The position numbers were made by a program, and so were the translations under genes. A stretch of DNA of 64,000 nucleotides from the human T2T-CHM13v2.0 reference genome, Homo sapiens, in the NCBI RefSeq assembly GCF_009914755.1, contig NC_060947.1. One strand, written 5' to 3'. The notes under the pieces were generated by a model, which saw only the letters and a program-made list of their open reading frames with translations, ran no database searches and was not told the origin of the DNA. Shown here in pieces: positions 27,198 to 38,313 of the stretch; position 1 is the first letter of the stretch, and the number at the start of each line of letters is the position of its first letter.

Positions 27198-28957
27198 TAG
27201 ACTAACAACCTTTTGATTACCTGTCCCATTACCCTAAACAACTGTTAGGTAGGGAACCCTAAATTTGCATTTCTAAAGACATGACTCTTAGATGAAAATT
27301 TATATCCCAAAGGCACTGAACTTAGCTCTAACACCATTATTTGCTGATACAAAAAGGGCAAGTCAAGACAAGATTACCAGAAAATGTATCTAAACAAAGG
27401 TACAAATTGTTATGTAAACTTTAAGCCAATGTCTTTCCCATTATAAAAGTTTCTAGTGGCTTGAGTATAAGAAGATACCCTTACAAGTGGAGAGTTCCTT
27501 TATAGATTTTCATTTCTTTTATAGATGTTCAAAATAGCCAGTGAAATGCCAGCAAATCATATTTTGGAGACCAAAGTACTTAGATGATCTTTTAAACTTA
27601 GCTTTTTTCTTAATTCCATTAATGATTTAAGGGTGAAGCCCTTCAATGAATAGGGCAAAGAAAGGATTTGCAGTTTTCAGGACCTGATATTGAAATATGA
27701 GAAGAGACACAGCTGGAAGGCAGAGCATCTGGATATTTTAAAGTCAAGAGTCTCACTTTTACATTAAATCTGTGTTCCCAAAACAGAGAAACACTATGAG
27801 ACTGGGCCATACAAGCTTCTGCATTGGATCTCACTACAAAGACATTTCCCTAAGTGTTTAAACTGTGCTTTTCTTATCTAAATGCACAACAAACCAAGCA
27901 GCCCTCTGTGGTAATAACCATTAATTATAAACAACTTCTATTAGTGACCTCCAAAACTGTGGCTCTCATCAGTGACTCATCAGCCGTAACACACGTAAAA
28001 ATCAAGTTCTGTCTCAATACAAAGTATTCTCTGGTACCCTCAAAAGCCAAAGAGATCAAGTAATGCAATACAAAGGATTGAAGAGTTTTAGACCTGAGAA
28101 GAGCCTGTCTGTGACTCTTCAGACTCCACAGAAAGGCAGAAGTTCCCCAAAATGGGTGAATGGTGCCTTTTTCTATGTTCCTTAAGGGGTCTGAGTCATT
28201 AGACATCTTCTCTAGATTTCTTAATGTGGTATCAAAAATGGGAAAAGGAAAGAGGAACAGAAGAGGAAGGAAATAGAACAGCAAGTCTTAAAGGAGTCAA
28301 TTTGGGGAGATTTTAAGCTTTCTAAAAGGCTAAATGAGTTTTACATTTTTCTAAGGAAATATCATTCCAACCAGATAGAAAGCAAAGAGAGGGGTTTAAG
28401 TTGACTGGAAAAAAATTTTTAATAACAGGATCCAAAAGAAGAAGAAGAAAAAAGCAGAAAGACCTTTCCCCCCAAAAAATTATGGCTTAAATATGAGCTT
28501 TTAATTAAGCTGACTTCTGTCCCTACAAAAGAATCTTTTAATATCTCTTCTTAGGAGATTTCAGCCAGGAAAAACATAAGGTAGGTCTCCCATTAAGTTT
28601 GTCTGGTTATCCTTTTTTGCATGCAAATGAATTATTTTAGATATTTCAAAGGATTCCTATTTTGGCTACTGCTGCTCATGACTGTACTGGGTTGGGTGGG
28701 TCCACTTTCCTAGACATTTACAAGAGGATGCCCAATAAATATTATTGAAGCACCCTCATGGTCTGGGATGACACCCAGGGTTCTTGGTCTCATGGCCAAG
28801 GAAATCAAGAATGCAGAGACACCAAGGGTTAGGTTTAGAGCAGAAATTTAATAGAAGAAAGAGAGAGAACAGCTCTCTGCTTCAGGGAGGAATTCCAGAA
28901 AAAGGGTTGCCATTTTTACAGTTGAATGCAAAGCCTTTTATATATAGATAGATAGAT

Positions 28958-29229
28958 AGATGTACCCACATTATGTGAACTAAAAGGCATTTGAGTTAGT
29001 TTCTATTTTTCTGATTAAATATTTAATTTAAGTGTCTGTGGGGGAGGTTATTTGAAACCAATCTCAGTCCTACAAAGTTGTTTGAACTGCACCCATCAGA
29101 ACTCATATATGAGTTTTTTGTTTTTTCTGAGCTGCAGCCAGAGATTGCTGATTGGATTACAGAAACAATGTCATATAATATTATATATTATATATATTAT
29201 ATATTAAATAAACATGTTTAGGTACATGA
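28958..29229 (+). other. Chain of templated insertions copied from 26325-26401, 17038-17115, 30284-30335 and (inverted) 31601-31619
   Basis: Manual alignment gives 74/77, 76/78, 51/52 and 19/19 identities. Confidence 0.93.
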
Positions 29230-29390
29230 ATATACATGTTTAGGTACATGAATATACATGTATATATACACATATATACATATACATGTTTAGGTACATG
29301 AATATACATGTATATACATGAGATATATATATATATATAAAATATATATATATATTATATATATATATATATAATATATATATATATATA

Positions 29391-29679
29391 TTTGAGATGG
29401 AGTCTCACTCTGTTGCCCAGGCTGGAGTGTAGTGGCATGATCTTTGGTCACTGAAACCTCTGTCTCTGGGTTCAAGCTATTCTCCTGCCTCAGCCTCCCA
29501 AGTAACTGGGATTACAGGTGTGCACCACCATGCCCAGCTAATTTTTTTTTTGTATTATTAGTAGAGATGGGGTTTCACCATGTTGGCCAGACTGGTCCTG
29601 TACTCCTGACCTCAAGTGATCCACCCGCCTCAGCCTCCCAAAGTGCTGGGATTATAGGCATGAGCCACCTCACCTGGCC
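29391..29679 (-). mobile_element. Alu (AluS-like) in the MER61 3' LTR; tail converted to (AT)n-rich repeats (29172-29390)
   Basis: TSD ATGCAAAG(C/G)CTTTTATA at 28926-28942 and 29685-29701. The uninterrupted site is visible in the 5' LTR at ~36816-36832. Confidence 0.93.
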
Positions 29680-32600
29680 AATGCATGCAAAGGCTTTTAT
29701 AGGAAACTGATGAAGGCTGGGTGTGTCATTTTAATCAGGTATGAATTTCTGGTAGCTCTACTCCATCTTCCTAATGCGCATGTGGGCCCTTAGCTTGCAT
29801 TACTCCATATTGCTCTGTTCCCCTTACTGCGCGTGTGTCAGGGGACAGAATTTTCCATTGTGAGCATGTCTGGGCAAGACACCTAGGTAGCCTTACTTAT
29901 CTGTGTGGCTGTGGGCATGTCTTAGGTAAGCCCCCCTGTGCAAGTTCCTCTATCTATCCCTGCAGGCTGTTCTTTTGTTTGAAAGGATTCAACCGAGGAC
30001 TGACCAGATTTTTTCCTCTCTCCTCTCTCATTTCCCCCCTCAGGAGTGGAGACCCTGCTTTTAGGGGGAATGGGACAATGATTCTTTTAGCTACTTCCTG
30101 TTGGACAGGGATGCTGTGTAGGAGAACAGCATTAGGATTCCTCCTAGGGGCAATCTAAGGGTCCTTGGAAGGAAGGCACGCCCATGTATGGTTTCATTTG
30201 CATCACCATTTGGAGCAGGGCAGGATTTGCAGGCTTATTGCCCAAAACTAGAGTATTGATCCAGATTTCTACATGACCAATCCTTTTTTGTTTTTTCTGA
30301 GCTGCAGCCAGAGATTGCTGATTGGTTTACAGAAATAAGCAGGTTAGTTTAAAACATAGGCAAGAACTTGAAAACGACTATTGAGATTAGAATTTAATAC
30401 CCAGCATGTAATAAATTTTGAAAAGTATTTTTTCTCTCTCCAGTCCTCATTTTTGTTAAAAACAAATCATGATTGGACTGAGTTGTTTGCAAAATAAACT
30501 ATAGTCTTATACTTGGCCTGATTATTTTCATAAAGTACAGAAAGAATAATTATTTTTACATAGGTTTTTAAAACTGGCTTTGATAGAACTCTGTTCCACA
30601 AGGACTCTCAGACAGGACTTTTTAAAGTGAAGCCCAGCCATGGGTTTGGAACCTCAAATACCTGAGTTGGGTGAATTCCTCTCTTCGTGAAGCCCCAAGA
30701 ACATGGGGTTCCTGGGCCTGTTAGAAATTGATATTCTTGACACATCACAGATCAGGAACCCTGTACTGGGACTGTGTAGGCAAGTTATGAGGCCAGTTTT
30801 CCCAAGGGGCTTTTATTGGCTCTGCAAGTTAAGCTTGATTCTTTAAAGGAAAACACACCCTTCCAGTCAAAGTCTTGCTAAAATAACCAGTTTCTCCAAT
30901 TGTGTCCTTTTGCAAAAGAAAATTGATTTTTATTGCACTGATGAAAACAACTATATTGCCATAAATTAAGAATACTTACAACTAGCTTCCAAATTACAGA
31001 GGAGCCAGGCAGAGAGAAACAAATATGCTCCAAATTTTGTTCACAAGAGTATACCTTACTCAATTGTTAAAAGCTGTAGATAGCTTAAAAGAAAAGTTTT
31101 CTTGATTCTGAAGAACAAAACAAAGATTAGCAATGTTTTAAACAAAGAGTGAAAAAGAACTACTTCAGACTTCTATTAGTTTAGTCCATGCAGTTAACTC
31201 CGGTTTGATATTCATGAACATTTCAGGCTTCATAATTCCTGTATGTTTTCCTTTATTCACCTGTCACAATTTCCAAAGTTATCAGAAACCTGCGTTTTAG
31301 AGCACCTGTACAAGTCCTATAATAATTGTAAATCATTCTTTGAAAAGGATGATTTATAATTAAGACAACAATTATCTGTGAATGATGAAATGTCCAGGGT
31401 AGTTACAGTTAAAAACACAATTGAAAAAGAAATTTGGTTATTTCTGTGGTTTACAATAGCTTAACATAATAACTTTAATTATGATTGATAGCATATACTC
31501 AAACATTAGAATTGTATACATCCCATACAATTTTGGAACATTTATTAATATTATTCGCTAAAATATAAACTGAAGAAGATTAAACATCATTCTGGCAATC
31601 TCATGTACCTAAACATGTTAAATAATCCTGTTTACCTCTCTTCTGGATGCTTCAGGGGCCCTCTGTGGCATCCACAAGCTAGGGGTTAGGAAAGACAATT
31701 GTGAAGCTAAAGTTTGATTTTTGGAAGCCTGCTAAGTGTTAAAGGCTTAAAACACTTGATATTATGAAATACAATACCAGATTATCATAAGTTATTTATT
31801 TTGCCAAAATTATGACTAAAAATTTGAAAACGTGGCAAAAACCTTTGTTCATTAAGAGGGAAGACTTAGCTTTCCAGTTTGTTTCCTGTTTTCTCATTCT
31901 TCTCCTTGGCAGTTTATCCACAAGGCAAATGAAAATTGTTCATTATCCTTCACTATTATATGAAGATTTTGTACAAGGAAGAAAAAGCCAAGTTTTGCCC
32001 TTACATTGGTTTCAAAACAATTCTTTATTCCTAGGCAAGATTTACATTTCCATGCCTTTTTATAATCTTTTACCACAAAAACATTTTACTGTTCCTACAC
32101 ACCTTACATGTATATCTATTTTCAGTAGTCTCATTTACATGTTATAATGGTAACTCTTAGTAATTTTTAACTTTAATGTAAAACATGGTAAGTTGTTTTA
32201 ATTATGTACTAGGTCCAGATAAAGTCTGACATTTTTCAGCATAGTTACGGGTATGGTTAATTTTTTTATGTCTCCAGGCCTTATCAAGTTGTAAAGCAGG
32301 CAGTTTATGACCTTAAAACATTTAGCAAACCTAGTATGTGACTTACATGATTTAGACCACCTATTTACATTTTGATGACATTTGCATTTGACCAATTATC
32401 TTTGAAACATTTTTATTTCTTAAAGATTAAAGTCATGTGAATTAAAAGACATTAAAAGTTTTATCTTTTCTTTAAAAAAATTTGATTTAAGTGCTTAATT
32501 TTCCGTAAGCCAATCAGTTAGAGCTCTTTTTATAGACATCACACACAACACATATATAACTACACATACAAACAGAAGAAAACTTGGTTGTCATAAGATT

Positions 32601-33180
32601 TTTCATTTGCCAAGCTCCTAATTGGATTATTGTCCTCTGGGTGGGGCCCTTTAAGAGCAGGGCTAGGAAAGCATGTAGTTTCTAGGACACAAACAGGTTT
32701 TGAGAGGGATCTATCCACCTTTAATTCTTGGGGTTCCATGAGGAAAACCGAGGTTTCTCCAAAAATGGAATCCGTGGTGCCCTTTCTGTTTTTTACAAGA
32801 AGTCCCAGGCCATCAGAAGTCACTTTGGGGCCTCTTGTGTGTGGAAAACTGGAGAAAAAGAATTAAGTTGACCGAGAAAAAAAACGTTTCTAGAAAAACA
32901 AGATCCGAGAAGAGAAAAACAAGATCCGAGAAGAGAAAAACCTAAAGGCCTTTTAAATATACCTATAACTTGGATATCTACTTTGAATTAAGCTGAGTGC
33001 TCTTTAAGATAATCCTTTTAAGTCCCTTGTTACCCAACTTTAGCTACACCAATCATTTAATATTTCTGGCTTTTGAACTTTACCAAAAGTAACCTCACAG
33101 GCTAAACCAACAAACGTCAATAAGATTATGACTTAACGGCTTGTGTATGGGGTATTTTCAAAGGGGTTGTAAGAAGCTTT

Positions 33181-33872
33181 TGAAACTGCCATTACAAAAT
33201 TATAACTGAGACAGTGAAAGAGATCTGACCCAACCAACTCCATCTTGCTTCTAGCCTCCAAGCTGTGTTTGTTCATTACTGGCCATAGGCTGAACCAACT
33301 CTGGGAGGAACTTAGTTTATAGTTAATAGTCCAAAACGAAGACAATAACAAACCTTTCCCAGAACAAACCTCCTTCTTGCCTGGGAAACAGACAGCCTTT
33401 GTAGGATCAAGAAAACAGTCACAAGATTAGAAACTATGGTTTAGGAGTCATGCGACTGGAGGCTACAAGATTCTGACCCTCTCTAAACTGCTCCTAAGAT
33501 CAGCACTTGAGCTATTCTGCAGACTTTGCACTTGATGGATTAGCTGGCACCACCCAGACCGATAAACTGGCTCATCTGATTTTGTGGCCCCAACCCAGGA
33601 ATTGACTCAGCACAGGAAGACAGCCTTGACTCTCTACAATTTTGTCTCTGACCTGACCAATCAGCATTCTGGCTCACTGGCCTCCCCCTAACCATGAAGC
33701 CATCCTCAGAAAAGCTGATACTCAAATGCTTGGGGAGATTGACCTGAGCAACAACAAAACTCCAGTCTTCTGCACAGCCAGCCCCCGTGTGAATCACCCC
33801 CTCTTCATTGCAATTTCCTAGTCCCAATAAATCAGCTCTGTTTAGGCAATGGACAAAGTGAACCCACTGGAG
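33181..33872 (+). mobile_element. LTR8-family LTR nested in the MER61 internal region, last few bases missing
   Basis: Begins TGAAACTGCCATTACAAAATTATAACTGAGACAGTGAAAGAGATCTGACC. AATAAA at ~33826. Confidence 0.88.
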
Positions 33873-36628
33873 ACCCACACTTTTACAAAATCTAGAATCT
33901 TTAAAGGCAACTCAGAGAAAGAAAGATTTAAGAAAGGGAGCTAGAAGTTGTTTATGGAGGGGAAGAGAATAAGCAAATGGCAAAGGTTATACAGATATTA
34001 ACCTGAAAGTACTTATTCCTTAAGCCAGGAATGAACTCAGGCCACCACTGTAAAATGGCAGAGACTGAAACAAAGTATTGCCACATGGTTACAGGTCACT
34101 CTTCCAATGATGTAAAACAAGATGGAGGCCTGCAGTAAAGTTTGTTACTGACCATTTTACTGGGCTGGCTTGAACAGCAGGCTTATGGAGTTTTAGACTC
34201 ACATTCTGTTCTAAACAGAATCATACAGAAAGACATGCAAAGCACACCAGATTTCTGACAGAATCATACAGAAAGACATGCAAAGCACACCAGATTGACT
34301 ACAGCTTAAGACCAACCTCACAAATCCTTTTTCATTAATTGAAACTTTACAGAGAATATAAAAAGTGACCCTTACCATTCCTTTTACCAGTTTGCACAGT
34401 GAGAGAGAAGCCAAAAGCCCAACTAGTAAAAAAAAAAAAAAAAGCCTTTTACCCTCTGGCTGGCATGTCAGGCTTCTGGGTTTCCTTTCCCTGAGCTCAA
34501 CACTGAGCCAAGCATTTTAAGGTTTGGGAAATTAACTTTTCCCAATTTGGAGGGACATTATAAAAGAAGAGATAGGATCCATTTCAAACCATGAAAGAAG
34601 GATGGAAAAAATACCATAGAAAAGTCTCTGAGGGTTTGGGTGGTAGAACTGGAGGAGCTATGATGTGGATAGGGGGGCAAGAAGAGCCAGGGCATCTGGA
34701 AATTGCATTTGAGGGTTCCCCAGGGCTTTGTTTCTTTGACTTTGGGAAATTATGTCCTATGGGCTTGCCTGATAGGATCGCTAAGAGAGCAGGGTTAATT
34801 TTACAATGCTGACAAAGATCTGGATTGTCTCACAAGGTTAAGAAGCTTTGCACATAGGAGACCTCAGATCATTTGTCCTCTCACCTGCAGAAAAGACCTA
34901 ATTGTCAGATAGTATTGAAATTAGCACTTCCCTGAGAAGACTCGCCCCCACACCCCTTTGTTCTGCAGTTGGTAAGATGGCCATGCCCTAGTGCAAAGGA
35001 ATATGAGGTGCTTTTTCTTTTAGAGTCTGGGGGTCAAAGGAGTCCCAATGATCCAGGCTGCACTCGAGGAGAGTGTAGGCTGAAGACAGGTTGTTAACCA
35101 TTTGGAAAAAGAGGGGAGAAGAAGGTGTCCTTTAGTTTCCTTTCTTCTTTTGGAGTGACCCAGAGAGAAAGACAGAAAGGGTGTTCCTCTTCTCCTCTTC
35201 CCTCCCAACTCCTCTGGGTCCCAGCAACATCATAGATGCCACCCATGGATGCAGGGATAATGCTCACCTATGCATCTGGAGGAGCTAGGTAGCAGAAATA
35301 GTCACGCTCACCTATGAGACCCCAGTTCTCCACTGGTGATTTCCCTTTAATTTCCTTGACTTGTGTAACCTTTGTGGCTCCCTGATAGATGGATCTCAGA
35401 AGAGACTATGTAACAGTAGCATTTAGTCCAGGACCCTTAATGGAGGAAGTATTCTGGGCTGAGCCCTATATTCTGCTATTATGGCCTGGGCTAAAATATT
35501 TATTCTTAAGCAGTGGTTCCAGTTGACTTCCAGACATAAAATCCCCTTTCTATTTAAATACTATTCTAATTGAATGCACATTAGGTGTCTTAAAAAGAAC
35601 GTAGGGACTGAATGGCTGTCTTCTTGCTGATGGAGACAGTATTGAGGTTAAAATTTGGTTCAAAAGACATTTTTCTCCTCACTGTTGAAGACAGAGTTTT
35701 CCCATTCACAGAAGGGGCATAAAGCCTGGTATCTAGTACAGGGGCACAAAAGGGAGAAGAATTGGAAAACTAGAGGTTTTTGGCAAAGGACCGACAAGAT
35801 CACCCATGGAGAGGATTCCCATTCCACTAGGTCACGCTGTGAACCTTGAAATAGCAGGCAGTAGCTGTGTTTCCTTGTGCTCTCCAGACAAAGGGTAGTG
35901 AGAGATCTGAGGCATGGCAGGCTGTCCCCACAATATGCCTCCTAGTGGGAGAAAGTTAGTTTGTCTCATAGAGGGACTATCTAGTTCAACTGGGCAGTAC
36001 AGGCTTCTCGCATGGGAAAATGGAGAGAGGGACATTCACTGGGGGCTAAATAACCTCCTATTTCTAGAAAATTACAAAAACAGCAATCGCTTGAGCTATA
36101 TTCCCAGTTACTATGGCACTTGCTGATCCTAACAGAATCATCTCCCTGGGCTATAAAAATTCCTGCAGCATTGCAAACAGACAGGTGATAGGAGATATAG
36201 TGGCCATGGTAAGAAGAAGGAAACTACTATAGGTAAAGCTTAGAGATCCTGATGACAACACCCACCAGGTGGTCAGGCACTGAGGTTAGTCCATAAGCCT
36301 TTGGGTAACACCAGGGTGAGGCCCCGGCCAGAAACCTTCAGTTGCTTTAGGATCTCTTCCAGCCCTACATGACAGCTAGGCTCTCTGCAAAAGAAAACCA
36401 GAACAGAGCCAACAATCCCAACACCCTGAGGGATCTGGGGGATTAGCTAAGTCCTCTCTGGCAATCCTGTCATCTGAGTCTTTAGACAAGCAGTCCATGC
36501 TAACCACATCTAGATGGCCAACGGATTTTCTGTGTTTTTGCTTGATTTTAACACTGAGGGCAGGAGGTCTCAAAAGTGAAGGTAAAGAGTTGAAGTTCCT
36601 TTCTATTACTCACTCTTTCAATGATCCT

Positions 36629-36646
36629 ATCCTGGTAGAGCCCCCA
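36629..36646 (-). promoter_or_regulatory. Retroviral primer-binding site (tRNA-Pro)
   Basis: TGGGGGCTCTACCAGGAT vs canonical TGGGGGCTCGTCCGGGAT (15/18), 3 nt from the LTR end. Confidence 0.85.
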
Positions 36647-36992
36647 CAATGAAGTGATCTCATTGACTGGGATGACACCCACAGTTCTTAGTCTCATGGC
36701 CAAGGAGATCAAGGACATAGAGGTTTAGAGCAGAAATTTAATAGGAGAAAGACAGAGAACAGCTCTCTGCTACAGAGAGGGGTCCTGTAAAAAGGGTTGC
36801 CATTTTTGTGATTGAATGCGAAGGCTTTTATAGGAAAGTGATGAGGGCTTGGCATCTCATTTGCATCAGGCACGAATTTGTGGTAGCTCTACCCTGTCTT
36901 CCTAATGTACATGTGGACCCTTATTCTAAGTTACTCCATATTGCTTTGTTCCCCTTACTGTGCATGTGTCAGGGGATGGAATTTTCCATTGC

Positions 36993-37064
36993 AGGCATGT
37001 CTGGGCAAGTCACCTGTGTAGCCTTTCTTATCTGTGTGGCTGTGGGCATGTCTTAAGCAAGCTC
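36993..37064. promoter_or_regulatory. Two candidate p53 response elements in the MER61 5' LTR
   Basis: AGGCATGTCT-GGGCAAGTCA (36993-37012; 19/20 to RRRCWWGYYY x2, no spacer) and GGGCATGTCT-t-AAGCAAGCTC (37044-37064; 20/20, 1-bp spacer). Confidence 0.75.
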
Positions 37065-37873
37065 CCCTGTGCAACTTCCCTTATCTGTGCCTGCAGGCTG
37101 TTCTTTTGTTTGAAAGGATTCAATCTAGGACCCACCCTAACTGCCTGCCTGACCAGGTTTTTTCCTTTCTCCTCTCTCATTATTACATAAATCCAGCTGG
37201 TATTTCTAAAAAGAACACTCAGATTTAGAAGATTGATTTCCTGTAATTTAGAAACTTTTCCAAAGTGATTAAGGCTGGGAATGCGTTTAGGGTCTAAGTG
37301 TGATGTGTCTCAGACGGTCTCTAACTGACAGGTGGCAGCAGAGTGCTCAAGGTGTGGGGGACCAGATCCTCATATTATCCCCATCTGGAATAGCAAAAGG
37401 GGGCACACTCTTTAGTTAAGAACTAACAGGAATTGGTCACAAATGAAAGGCTGTCTAAAGTTTTAAGTGATAGAAAACAGCTGCAATCTTAAAAGCATGA
37501 TATGTAAAATGAAACCACCAGTGCCTAAGTGCCAGTTTTTTACCTTAATCTCTGCTGTGAGACAGAGGTAGAAAAACCTTGACCCAAACCTCTGGTCCTG
37601 AGACATAGGCAGAAAAAAATGCAGTTCTCTGCAGAGCTCTTTACCTGAATCTCCTGTCCAAAGACGGAGATTGAATCTTCCACTCTTAATGAGAAACAAG
37701 GGTTTAAAAAACAGCCCAAATGAAGTTTAGACCTTCAATCAGAGTGGGAGGTGGTCCAATTTCAGGAGAACTCCCTCAATACACTCCATAGGACTTCTGA
37801 AGACAGAGAATTTGTGCTGGTAACAAGCACCGCTTTCAGAGAGAAACACCAGGTGGTTGCAGGGAGTCACTCT

Positions 37874-37893
37874 GAATCATACTGACTACACTA
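37874..37893 (-). promoter_or_regulatory. Degenerate primer-binding site (tRNA-Ser-like)
   Basis: TAGTGTAGTCAGTATGATTC vs TGGCGTAGTCGGCAGGATTC (15/20), 4 nt from the 5' LTR. Confidence 0.6.
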
Positions 37894-38044
37894 GACATGT
37901 TGACCTAAAAGGAAGAAACTGAGGCAAAATTAATATAAGTAGAGAGTTTACTTGGGCCAAGCTTCAGGATTGCAACCCAGGAGCATAGGTTCAACTTGCC
38001 CTGAATATACACTTGATTAGCAGCAGTTACAAGTGCATTTGGGG

Positions 38045-38313
<269 letters not shown>

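Larger units (their letters stand above)
28746..37179 (-). mobile_element. Two-LTR MER61-type ERV1 provirus (3' LTR 28746-30030; 5' LTR 36650-37179) with a decayed gag matrix relic at ~34810-34950
   Basis: Paired homologous LTRs starting TGAGAGAGGAGA on the minus strand and a perfect 4-bp TSD TTAT (28742-28745 / 37180-37183). Purine tract at 30031-30041 and tRNA-Pro PBS. Minus-strand relic GSANFNTI*QLGLFCR*EDK*SEVSYVQSF resembles gammaretrovirus-like Gag MA. Confidence 0.88.

Noticed and set aside
29172-29390. Repeated CATGTTTAGGTACATGAATATA units next to captured local fragments, superficially CRISPR-like
   Set aside because: Primate DNA with no cas genes and no regular repeat-spacer alternation. 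Explained by slippage in an (AT)n tail.
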